This document shows positions 26,462 to 39,869 of a stretch of 64,000 nt of DNA, piece after piece. Under the pieces are notes generated by a model. That model saw only the letters and a list, made by a program, of their open reading frames with translations, was not told the origin of the DNA and did no database searches. Numbering within the stretch: position 1 is the first letter of the stretch; each line of letters begins with the position of its first letter. Origin of the DNA: Eledone cirrhosa (lineage: Eukaryota); contig OZ024740.1 in NCBI GenBank assembly GCA_964016885.1, positions 76,260,001 to 76,324,000 on the forward strand. The letters run 5' to 3'. Made by a program: the position numbers and the translations under genes.

Positions 26462-26946
26462 ATCTATCTACCTATCTGTCTGTCTTTCTATCTCCCCTTT
26501 TCTTACTGAGTATTAATCTATCAACTCTATTACTCTATTACGTGTCCCACCCGTGAGGAGGAGGCCATGCTGGGGCACCGCCAACTAGCCACATCATTTT
26601 TTGCATTACATTACTACCACTGCCACTGCCACCACAACCACCCCCACTGTCACCATCACCATGGTCAGTAACATTATCACCCCCCCCCACACACACAACC
26701 GCCATCGTCATCTCCGCGATCATCTTCCACAGAGATTTTCCTTCTACTATCACCCCACCCCTTCATACATATCAACATTTAAGTATTTGCCGTCTTCCCT
26801 GTTGTTCGCCGAATATTTCGCCTTTGTTTTCATATATACTGACATACAATATACACAATCACAATTTTGCGTATATATATACAAACACATATCACATCGT
26901 CAGGTTTGTACACGCACACACTTCACCACAGCAGCTGTCTGTGTGC

Positions 26947-26949
<3 letters not shown>

Positions 26950-27016
<67 letters not shown>

Positions 27017-27031
27017 ATATATCTATCTATC
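26950..27031. repeat. (CT)n(CTAT)n at the E4 5' junction
   Basis: Read directly. Confidence 0.95.
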
Positions 27032-30000
27032 TTACAACAACAATTTAGTAAAAACCCAAGGGCCTAACTTCACCCAGGCAGGTGATTTCCCCCACCTCAA
27101 AATGATTAAGGCCCCAGAGGACACATATAAAACACTAAAAAACAACTTTAAGGCGGACGTCCCCCCCCCCCCCTGCGTCGGGCCCATTAACCGCGTCCTC
27201 CTAAAAAAACTTCCCCACCCCCTCCCCAAACACCCACACAACGTCAAACACCCCAACCACACAACACACTGATGCCCCTACACTTCCACAACCCCCCCAC
27301 CCAACAACCCACCCCCACCCTCATGGAAATTGTGCAGCCCGATACCCGGGACGCAGAGAGGTAAGTGCCTTTTCTCTTCACCACCAACATGGCTATGCTA
27401 AGAGTAGGCTGTCTAAATGCGCGTGGCCTGGGTTCAATTTGGAAGCAATCAATGCTTCTAAATGACCTCAGGTCACAACGTATAGATGTATGGTTATTTG
27501 CGAGGCCCGGATCAGCAACGTGCGACGGCTGGCCCCCACCTTTGATGACTTTGAGATGCACGCATCACTCTGTCAGCCCGGACGTGGGGGTGGGGTTGTC
27601 GTTCTGCTGCAAAAACATCTGGGTCTCGCAACACAGACGGTACATTTGGACCCGGAGGGTCGACTAGTGGTTCTGGACCTTGGCAGTGGTGAAGGCGGAG
27701 CGTTTAGGCTGGTAGCCGTCTACGGCCCTTTCGGGTCAACGCGGCCGTCTGGAGACTTTTCTAGGGACGTCCCGCTCCTTGCTCAGGGGGACTGGAATGG
27801 TATCCTAGATGTACGTTGGGACTACGTAGGGTCCTATCCCGATAGAGAGGGGTGTAACAGCCTCAAAGGGTTAATCGGTCGATTTGACCTGGCCGATAGA
27901 TATCGACTAGATTTTCCGACTGCGCCAACCTGGATTTGGGAAAACCGCAGCGGATCATCTAGGTCGTACCTAGATAGGTTCTTAGTTAGAAATAAGGATA
28001 AGGACTTTTTAAGTTGTCCAAAAATGCTCATGGTTGGCTATTCAGACCACAAGTTAGTGACCTGCATGGTCAACCTTGACAGAACGCATAGACAGGGCCC
28101 CGGTTACTGGAAGCTCAACTTGTCCTTACCGGCAAGTAAGGCTTACAGGGACCGGATTAGCACTTTAGTTAAGGAGCGGTTGACGGGCGCCATCGTCAAC
28201 AGCAGGTGGTGGGGATCTCTCAAAAGAGAGATTAGAGCAGTCTCTGTAGAATTTAGTAAGGAGTTAGCCTCAAATAGAAATAGGAAGGAAAGGGAGTTGG
28301 TAGATAGTGTAGAAGAGGCAATTAGAAGCGGCGACGTGGCCAGAGTGCTAGCGTCGAGAACGGCCCTGGGCCAGTTCTTCGACGCGAAACACGAAGGCTG
28401 CATCGTCCGAAGCAAAAATACGCGCTCTGGGAAACGAGGGGACCACAGCTGTTAGCTGGGCCCGCGTAATAGAAGCCAAAAGAGGGAGTAGATCCACTAT
28501 CCGCTCTTTGCAAGACCAGGATGGACGGGTGATCCTTGAACCTAAGCAGATGTGCGAGGCTTTTCAAAAGTACTTTGCCAGATTGTTTGGAATGGGCGGG
28601 GAATCGGTTGGGGAAGTGGACTTCGGTCCATACCTCGACGGCCTGCCGCGTCTCTCTGACAGGGAGGCGAAGTCCTGCGAGGAGCCGATTTCAGCCGCTG
28701 AGATAGAGGACGTGCTGAGCAAATGCGGCAAACGCAAATCCCCGGGTCTCAATGGTCTTCCATACGAACTATATCTAGCTATGCCGGACTTGTTCCCCGA
28801 TCTCCTCGAGACGGTCTACTGCAACTGGCAACAGAACGGGAGAATTCCCTGTGCTGTGACCAAGGGCGTAGTCACGCTAGTGAGGAAGGACGAGAACAAG
28901 GGGGACGATATAAATAATTTCAGGCCCATAACTCTGCTAAATACAGAGTTACAGATTTTGGCCAAGGTGCTAGCAAAGAGGTTGGCGCTTGTCGTGGGCA
29001 ACCTGGTGGGAGATGCGCAGACATGTGCTATCCCGTCCAGGTCCATCCACGACAACCTCCACCTCATGCGATACATCATAGAGAGGGTTGGGAACGAACC
29101 CGGCTTTGGTGGGGCCCTGATCAACTTGGATCAATCTAAGGCGTTCAATAGGGTCGACCATGGTTACCTGAATGCGGTGCTAGCGGCGGCAGGCTTCGGA
29201 CCCGTTTTCAGTGGCTGGATCACTGCCATGCACAGCAGCCGCATCTGCTCTAGGGTCAATGTGAACGGCTACCTCTCGGAGCCGTTCGAAATCGCGCGGT
29301 CCATCCGACAAGGGTGCCCTCTCTCCTCCCTTCTATATGTAATGACTCTAGAGCCACTGCTGCGGAAGTTGGAGTTGTTGCAGGGCATCCCTTTGGAACC
29401 GGGATTGCGGAAAGCGGTGTCGCCCAACGCCGATGACGTAACAGTAATGGTGTCGACGGCCTCGGAAATCGGGGCGATCGGCACCTTACTGGAGGTGTAC
29501 GAAAGGTTTACAGGGGCTAAGCTAAACCGGGACAGGTCGATCGGTCTGCAACTCGACACGTGGAGGGGAAGATCGTTGCCCTCCGATGGCGTCGTCGGGC
29601 ACTGGACGGAGGGCCCGGTGAAGTTTCTCGGGGTCTGGTTCGGACCAGACCTCCAGGTGGAGAAGATCTGGGGTGAGGTTACGAACAGGGTGTTTGCACT
29701 GACCCAGAAGTGGGCCGAGTGCAAACTGTCCCTGAAAGGTCGGGCGGAGGTGGCGAACACTTATATAGCATCCATCATCTACTACCGCATGACCGTCGTG
29801 CCTTGCCCAAGCGCGCACTCTTTCAATTCTTTTGGAAGAAGCGGGCTCCTATGGTGAGGAGATCTATCTGCTGTCAACACCCTTCGAAAGGAGGGCTGGG
29901 GATGCTGTGGCTAATGATACGTAAATACGCATTAAGACTACGGTACCTCCAGGTATTCCTCACGGGTCAACCGGTGTGGGCCCCGTTTGTGAGGCGAGCC

Positions 30001-31050
30001 TTTCCGAGACTCGTCTCGCTCACCGAGCTGCAATCCTGGGTCAAGCAAAGACCGAGAAAACTGGGTGCCTGGCACACCGAGTGTGCCCAGGCGCTCACGG
30101 CTCTCTGCGGACCCGGCTGTCAGTGGAGAATCCACCTCGTCATTCTATAGAGGGATGGTGGTTAGCAGGTGCGACAATCCCCCCCTCGGAGAAGCCCTAG
30201 GCATGGAGGAAGACGAACTGGCCAACCTGTTCGGTAGGACATTCAGCCCGGGACCCATGGATAACTTCCAGAGGTCCCTGGCCTGGCAGTGCTACCGAGG
30301 GGCTCTCCCCGTTCGAGAAAGGCTCTACAGACACGGGCGCCCGGGTAGGGACCCCTCGAAAAAGATCTGTCCCAGATGCGTGTGCGACGAGGAAACCGTT
30401 GCACACGCATTGGTACACTGCTCGGGCATTGCCGATCTGTGGGGCTATGTCGAACGACTGCTGTCAAGGGTGGAACCGATCCGGTTGACCACCGAGTCTA
30501 TTGTAACGATCAAGCCGCCTCCCCTCTTCAAAAACGAAGGAGAGGCGCTGTTTCTGTGCGTAATAGCCATGGCGAAAGAGGTTGTATGGTGGACGCGTCT
30601 GAAAGGACTGTGGTCAGACACCTTTCTCTCTGGCCAACAACGGGTCCGTTTCTTCCAATATCATCTCGGAAGAAGGATCAGTATGGAGAGAGAGGTGCTG
30701 CAACCCTGCCGTTTTTATGAAAGATGGGTGAAAGTGGCGAGAATGGCCCGTGTGAATGGGCCTTCACTCTACATCAGACTATAGGTGAGGAAGATAAAAG
30801 ATCAAGGGAGCACCCTCTCTCTGTGCCCTGAGGAGAATGGTTGCACACTTTTTTCGGGGGTGTGTGCGACCCCCCAAGGCGCCTCCTCCCTATTGAGGAT
30901 TTTGTTATTAAATTTATTTTTGTTATATTTAATATTTTATTTTTTTGTCTTGTTATTGCCTCCTTCTTATTGAGGACGCCTTGTTATGTAAACTCCCCCC
31001 ATCGTACTTGTCCCACTTTTTGATGCCCTGGTGGCAAATAAAAAGAAAGT
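27032..31050 (+). mobile_element. Tx1 copy E4 (subfamily A), 5'-truncated within the ORF1 C-terminus
   Basis: Starts YNNNLVKTQGPNFTQAGDFPHLKMIK (as in E1 ORF1); full ORF2 span; 3'UTR like E3; ends in TATC repeat. Confidence 0.92.
27389..30784 (+). pseudogene. E4 ORF2, frameshifted, catalytic YADD changed to NADD
   Basis: ORF fragments 27365, 27490, 28508, 29710 and 30065 are collinear with E3 ORF2. Confidence 0.88.
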
Positions 31051-32230
<1,180 letters not shown>

Positions 32231-32334
32231 CGGACACCCTGGTTAAGGGAGCATCTCTCAAAGCGTGGTTTTCGAGGATGAGGATGGTTTGGAGGTTTGT
32301 GCATCAACATACGCTGCTTTTCCGGATCCAATAA

Positions 32335-32482
32335 TAATGGTTTCTTATATAGGCACAATATTTTAAAGATGAAAGGCAAAGTTAACCTCGGGGGAATTTG
32401 AACTCAGATCATAAAGGGCCGTAACTCTATGCTGCAAAGTATGGCGTCCGATCTTCTACCGATACTGCCGATCCACCGCCCT
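32335..32482 (-). mobile_element. SINE family 1 copy, partial
   Basis: Reverse complement similar to 16674-16862. Confidence 0.75.
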
Positions 32483-33175
32483 CGGATTCATTAATAATGG
32501 CTTTGGTGTATTCTTTTAAAGAAATTATGTATCGTACTTTGAGTAGATGGTACCTATACATTTGAATATATTTCATACCTTGCATTTTGTGTACAGTAAC
32601 TATACTGGTTATAGATTTCCAATGGTACACTGTATTTCTTGGGGCTAGACTCACAAGGGATTGTTCATTTGAAATCGAAACATTCGAAATAAAGCCAGCA
32701 ACAAAAACAACATTAACATGGTTGAGACATCAAGTTAGACTAGTTCTACTCTACTATATTTGGTATTTCAACAGTGCTGTGGAACATTTCCATTGTACTA
32801 TGAGATATTTTCACTACGGCATATTTTCACTCTGCTATATGGCATTTGCACTGGGATGCAAGATTTTTCCACAGTGCACTATGGTGTTTTCACTGTGAAA
32901 TGAAGTATTTCCACTGAACTTTACTAATTCTCCACTATTTTATATGATATTTCCTCTGTGTTATGGGATATTTTCACTATTCTATACGATATTACCACTG
33001 TGTTATGCAATATTTCAACTATGTTTTACGATATTTCCACTGGATTATTTGATATCTCCATTGCACCGTATGATATTTCCATTGAGGTACATAGTATTTC
33101 TACGGCGCTATATATTTAATATCTCCACTGGGGTATATGGTATTAGATAGGATACTCAGTAAGAGTGTAGGAGAT

Positions 33176-33400
33176 AGATTTCTTTATTTGCCACAAGGGC
33201 ACACGAAATGGGACATTACAAGACATGGGTCGGCGGAGGTTTTACATGGAAGCGTGTAAATAAATAAATTTAACAATTATAAACAAACAATCGAAATACC
33301 TAATAGGGGGAGCATCACTGCAGGGTTGTTTTATACCCCATATATAGAACAACCCTCAACACTGAGAGCATGTTTTGCAAGTGCTCCTGTCTTCTCTCTT
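33176..33400 (-). mobile_element. Diverged Tx1 3'UTR fragment (B-like)
   Basis: GATAGAT followed by TTCTTTATTTGCCACAAGGGCAC..., CAACCCTCAAC and TTGCAAGTGCTCC, matching the B 3'UTR. Confidence 0.75.
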
Positions 33401-33514
33401 GAGGTAGTTCCACCGTGCTATATCTTTCCTGTTATATATGTGTTTCAAGATAATATCAATTTGTTTTCTTGATTGTCCATTCTTAATATCAGAATCAATG
33501 GAATACCTGATTAA

Positions 33515-33905
33515 ATTTCTTTCTTTCTTTCTTTCTTTCGTTCTTTCTTTCTTTCGTTCTTTCTTTCTTCCTTTCTTTCTTTCTTTCTTTCTTTCTTCTT
33601 CGCCCACTTATTCCTGAGAGGGTCATGGGGGCACGCCCTCCAGAGGGTCATATAAGAAACAACCGTCTCCAATTGATCCGGCTGGATCCCCTAGCGACAC
33701 TAGCCAAGCTCAAGGATGTTATCCAACCATTATGCTCAGAGTCTACCCCTGGGTCTTCTGCCGGTTGGTTTTGCCCATAAAATCATCTGTCCAACGATTC
33801 TTTCCTGAGACATTCTTACCTCGTGTCCGTAATATCGGAGTTGTGATCTCTTAGTTCAGAGAAGTAGCGGCTCTACCCGGAGCGATTTTCTAATTTCCGG
33901 ACTAT
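33515..33905 (-). mobile_element. 3' end of an RTE-clade LINE with a (GAAA)n tail
   Basis: Minus strand reads EIRKSLRVEPLLL...SQLRYYGH..RM...PTGRRPRGR...WLD; (TTTC)n at 33515-33600. Confidence 0.65.
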
Positions 33906-34419
33906 GCATTGTATCGTTACTCCATATATCCATGAAATGTTATCCTATAGTTTTAAATATAGATATGACACAGACAAGGGAGTCCTAAATCCATACACCG
34001 ACGGGATGATCATAGCTAGTATCTCATCGTTCAAATGTCTGCGGGATCTGGGTTACGTCGGGCTAAACAACAACAACTTCTTTGCAATATTTAGTTATGT
34101 CGTTGAATGTTCTTGTACATACTTCCAGGTTATTAGAGTCTGAGACCCATGAACTATACTAAGGGATTCAATATATTTTGGTATTAACAGAGACGTCGAA
34201 GAGCCAGAAATGCCAGTGTATCGGAATAAATGAATTTAAATATTCAGTTCTATTTGACGACATGTTTAAGTTCGAATCCTGTTATATACTCTCACACACA
34301 CACATATATATACATACACATATATACATAGATATCTTTGTATTATGTATATACACAAACGCATATTTACTTAATATACTTATACACACACACACATATA
34401 TATATGTGTGTATATAGTA

Positions 34420-34721
34420 GTGGTACTCCGTCGTTTACGACTGCGAATGTTCCAGTTGATACGATAAACGGAACACGCTGCTCGTGAAATTAACGGGAAA
34501 GTGGCTGAGCATTTTACAAACACGTGTATCCTTAATGTAGTTCTCAGGAAGATTAGTGTGACAAAGCTGGCTCTTCGAATTACGGGTACAACTCATTTTG
34601 AGTGGACTGGAGCAGCGTGTAATAAAGTATCTTGCTGAACAATACAACTCGCCGCCGGGAATCGAACTCACAATCTTACGACGTGAGCCGAATTCCATAA
34701 CCACAAAGCCACGTGCCTTCA
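34420..34721 (-). mobile_element. tRNA-derived SINE, second family
   Basis: Head GTGAAGGCACGTGGCT..GTGGT...GAGTTCGATTCCC on the minus strand; same head at 44370-44492. Confidence 0.7.
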
Positions 34722-34781
34722 CACACATAGACACACAGATGCACGTGCACACTGACACATGCACGCGCACACTCACACACA

Positions 34782-34838
<57 letters not shown>

Positions 34839-35099
34839 CAACAGAAATGCATGCTACCTAAGGTTTCAAATTTCAGACATCACAGGACAGAGCAATTTCT
34901 TTAACTGCTAGTAAAAGATGGTTGATCGTTATTTCATATAAGAGATCTCGTCGGATATACGGGAGTTAATAATGTGATAATACATTTGGTGTTTTTGTTA
35001 TGCAACGGATACAACTGCATGTTATACATACATACATATATACATATATACATACATATATACATACATACGAAATACATACGTATATCAGAATTATAT

Positions 35100-35290
35100 A
35101 ATTGTTTCTACTTTAGGCACAAGGCCAGCAATTATCCAGTGGATTACTGGTACTTTATTTTATCGACCCCGTAAGGATGAAAGGCAAAGTCAACCTCGGC
35201 GGGATTTGAACTCAGATCGTAAAGGGACGTAACTGTGCTGGAAAGCATGGCGTCCGACCTTCTACCGATACTGCCAATCCACCGCCCTTC
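35100..35290 (-). mobile_element. SINE family 1 copy
   Basis: Reverse complement similar to 16674-16862. Confidence 0.8.
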
Positions 35291-35765
35291 AGAATTATAT
35301 CAGAATTATATCAGAATTATATAATAAACAGAGGATGTACATTTAAAATCGTCTCTCTTCTTTATAATATATATATATATATATATGCGGATTTAAAGGG
35401 AAATAACTCTGTGTCCCCCTTGACTTATCCAGACCTTAATTTTTAATACAAAAGAGGTTAGAAAAAATAATAATAATAATAAAACTACTCCCGGGCAGCA
35501 TGGTATAACAAGTTGTATCAGACACTGGAATAGTCCCTTTATTTTCCTCGGAAAAAGAGATATTAATCTCGAAATATCAGGACATGTTAATAAATCAAGG
35601 TAAAAAACAGTCCTCGTTTCTCACGACTTAATTATTTGTTTATTCGTCCATTTCGCACTGTCGTAGTTTTCAAACTTCATATCCTTTACAAATATGGGGG
35701 TTGAACGCCTTTTTCAAACGAAGGTATTTTGGTAGAGTTTTCTCGAAATGTTGAAGGTTGTGAAT

Positions 35766-35840
<75 letters not shown>

Positions 35841-35899
35841 CAGTAATGTTGGTATGCATCATGTGTATTTCTCATTTTTTGTTACGTCGAAACGAGTGA

Positions 35900-36740
35900 A
35901 TCAACATGGATCTATCCAAATCGTTTTTTAGTGGCGGTTTACTTTATGAATTCAACTCTGGCTTAAGCGCAGCAGCATCTAATCGTCGCATTAACAATGC
36001 ATTTGGGTCAAACACAATGTCTGAACGGCGTGCCAGGGCCTAGTTAGCATGCCTCCGTTCCGGTGATTACATTTTCGAAGATCGACCTCACACAGGACCT
36101 CCATCCGACTTCAATGACGTGAGCTGGTGAAAGCCAACCCCCACCAGACATCACACGAAGTACTTGGGGCATCAACTAGTACTTGCATGTAATAAGGAAG
36201 GTGTCCAAGCTGGATCAATGGGTGCCACTCAATCTGACATACCGTCGCACAATGAACTGGATACGTTCCTTTGCCACTGGTAATGAAAAATGGCTTGTTT
36301 ACATTAATGCCATACTCTGTATTAACCGATCGTGGGTTGATACAGAGAGTGTGCTATGATGGCAAGCAAAGACTGGCCTTCTCTTTCGCAAGGCTCTACT
36401 GAGCATCTGGAGGGACCGGAAAATTGTCATCCACTACGAGCTGCTCCCACCGAACACCAGCATAAATTTTGACGTTTATTGTTGAAAACTAGACTGATTA
36501 GCTGCGAAAATCGCACAGCTGTGCCGACATCTGATAACGCTCGGTCGCATACATCAAGGATGACCTGTGAGAAAATACTGGACCTAGGTTCTCACCCACG
36601 CACTGTATTCGCCCAACCTCACGCCTACAGATCATCACATTTTTCTATCAATGAGCAATGCAATGCAATCAAAAACCTTCACTAATGAACATCAGTTAAA
36701 TTAGTGGCTGACGGAATTCTTTGCATCGAAGCTTAAGTGA
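35900..36740 (+). mobile_element. Decayed mariner transposase remnant
   Basis: YEFNSG..A..RRINNAFG...SER, EDRPHTG, WVP.NL, TGNEKW and DNARSHT motifs, with stops and frameshifts. Confidence 0.72.
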
Positions 36741-36847
36741 ATAAAAATTTGAAAATCAACGTGCACTTTCAGTTCCACCTAATACATTCATGCATATATT
36801 CAAACATACAATCATACATACATACATCCAAGCATACATACATACAT

Positions 36848-37320
36848 ATTTATGCAGAACTAATGAGAAATCTGCAGATACTCCACCCTCACTATACCTT
36901 CAGATTTATGCCGGCGATTATTGGGGCACTGGGATATGTTAGTAACTGCCACAATACAAATCTTGAGAAGCTAGGCTTCACAGAAACAGAAAGAACATGA
37001 CTAGTTAGGAAATTACAAGTACAATCCATTAATGGAACAGTAAAAATATGTAAAACATTCCAAAAATTCTGCATCTAATAACTGCATATACACATGTACA
37101 GATACAAAGCATATACACATGCACACATACAACTCAAAACATCCACATCCACACATACAATAACATCCATACCTGCACACACATGTATGCATGCAGACAT
37201 GCATACATATCTACCTAGTTGATGTTGTGTGAATTCCAATGGGGGAGTCTTGTATCTATGTTATAAAACCAGCCCCCTCTCTCTGTTGGCAAACATTTGG
37301 GAAATTATAAAACCAGAAGG
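36848..37320 (+). mobile_element. 3' end of an RLE-type (R4/Dong-like) non-LTR element in (CATA)n
   Basis: YAELMRNL...PAIIGALGYV...LEKLGF resembles the C-terminus of restriction-like endonuclease ORFs; flanked on both sides by (CATA)n. Confidence 0.6.
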
Positions 37321-37403
37321 ACATACATACATACATACATACATACATACATACATACATACATACATACATACATACATACATACATACATACATACAT
37401 ACA
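37321..37403. repeat. (ACAT)n microsatellite
   Basis: Read directly. Confidence 0.95.
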
Positions 37404-37856
37404 TTTATGGCTGTGTGCTTGCAGAGTCTGTTCGGCAATCATATGATTTCCGGCTCTACCCAGCTGCATGGCACCTTGAGCAAGTGTTTTCTACGATAGC
37501 TACGGCACACACACACACACACACACACACATATGCATTCACTCATAACATATGTTTGCACATTTGCATGCGTATATCCCAGCGTTTGTATGAACATATT
37601 TGCGTGTTGGTATTAAAAGCCCACACATATCCAAAATTACAGATATACATGTGACTCTGCCGTCATATGAGAATATGCATGTTTGTGAATATGTGTGTTT
37701 CTGTGTAGGAGAGAGTGTGTGTATGTATGTACGTGTGTAGGCATGAGTTTGTATATCAATCTGTATATTTTTATGTAGGTGCTCAGCTGTCGAGAGCAAA
37801 CATTCATATGTGTATGCATATATGTGCGCTCACGTATTGTTCATACATCATGATAG

Positions 37857-37934
<78 letters not shown>

Positions 37935-38120
37935 CATAATGTGTGTGTGTATCTGGGTAAATATATAAATATATATATCACCAAAGATTAATATGGTTCA
38001 TTGATTACTCAATGAATATAGTTTTACAATAGATTAAAAGCACTCAACAGTATAGTTTTCTGGAGTTATTATTATTCAGAATAATAATAAATGAAGACAT
38101 TCACATAATCAAAATATATG

Positions 38121-38359
38121 TTATATTATATATATTTCGAAGGTACTGTGGTGTTTTTTCAGTACGTCCTCGTCAGATAAAATACATGAATTGATGTATG
38201 ACATACCTCAACTGTCTTGATAGTTCAATTCCAGTATTGCCAATACTGGAATTGAACTATCAAGACAGTTGAGGTATCTCATACATCAATTCATGTATTT
38301 TATCTGACGAGGACGTACTGAAAAAACACCACAGTACCTTCGAAATATATATAATATAA
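38121..38359. repeat. Near-perfect palindrome with 119-bp arms, containing a hammerhead-like core
   Basis: Centre CCAGTATTG-C-CAATACTGG at 38240; one mismatch seen; CTGACGA at 38304 and CGAAA at 38341. Confidence 0.88.
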
Positions 38360-38620
38360 ATATAAATATAAATATATATATAAATTTGTGTGTATCTGTA
38401 TATATATATATATATATATATTAGAAAGTGAGGTTTTTTTTACAAAATGAAAAATAACCGAGGTGAAAGTATAAAGAAAAAGAGATGAAATCGAAAATGC
38501 AACGGGAGTCTTATTTTTTTAAAAAATATATATATTTATTTGGTTCCTTTACCGGTTTCGCAGTTCTTCTGCTTTTCAAAAGGTGAGTTGAGATGGAGGG
38601 TCTGTGGTTTTTCTCACATC

Positions 38621-38647
<27 letters not shown>

Positions 38648-38651
<4 letters not shown>

Positions 38652-38835
38652 GTTTCAACTTTTGGCACAAGGCCAGCAATTATCCCAGTGCATTACTGGT
38701 ACTTTATTTTAACGGCCTTGTAAGGATGAAAGGCAAAGTTAACCTCGGCGTGATTTGAACTCAGATCGTAAAGGGCTGTAACTCTATGCTGCAAAGCATG
38801 GCGTCCGACCCTCCACCGATCCGATACTGCCAATC
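38648..38835 (-). mobile_element. SINE family 1 copy
   Basis: Reverse complement similar to 16674-16862. Confidence 0.8.
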
Positions 38836-38859
38836 TATAATGTGTGCGTGTGTATCTGA

Positions 38860-39002
<143 letters not shown>

Positions 39003-39373
39003 CGCCCACACAAACACACAGATACACGTGTGTGTGTATATGTGTGTGTTAGACATACTCATACACAGATATAGAGTAAGTGTACAAAGACATTGATGAA
39101 ATGTCGCGACATGATTCCCAGCTGTTAGGCTAATGACTATATCTATACGCACACAGACACACACACATACGCTAACACATTCAACTATATTACATACATA
39201 CGCACATATTAACCGACTTTCACAAGTACTTTAAATGTTTGTACCCTCAAGAACACACTCAAACACGTGTGTGTGGGTACGCGTGTGTATACAGAGATAG
39301 TTACACACACGCACACATATATGTAGATATATACATCTACATGTATGCATACGTACACACACACATACACACG

Positions 39374-39449
<76 letters not shown>

Positions 39450-39869
39450 TCATCATCGTCTTTTTTCCGTAACTCCTGATGGAATCCTTCCCCAGGTCTA
39501 AAAACGACCAATCTTTTTTCAGAAAAGGAAATGCAGGGAAAGGAGAAATTTAGAGATAAAGGGAAAGAACCGACACCAATATTAAACTGGTACTATTGTT
39601 TTCAACATCGAAATGATGAAGAGCAATGTTGATATCGGCGTGATTTCTACTCAAAGCGCAGGAAGTAAATAAGGCAAAGTATTTTAACCCATGTTTTAAT
39701 GACTCAGCTAAATCACTTTGTATATATGAGATGTCAACATGAATGGACCTGTTATTTTTATCTAAAGACATTTTTTCCAATTCCATCCCGCCCGTCCCCT
39801 CAATCTATCTTATTTCTCATTCGTTCTTCTGATGAAGGATTAGCGTCCGAAATCATTTTCTTCAGTTCA

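Noticed and set aside
24121-26492. Repeat-spacer pattern resembling a CRISPR array
   Set aside because: The repeats are variable-length microsatellites and the spacers are homologous LINE 3' ends; eukaryotic context with no cas genes.
39699-39869. N-terminal 57 aa of the 597-aa ORF as a real start
   Set aside because: Looks like chance read-in from flanking DNA; the early RT motifs are missing, so the element is 5'-truncated.
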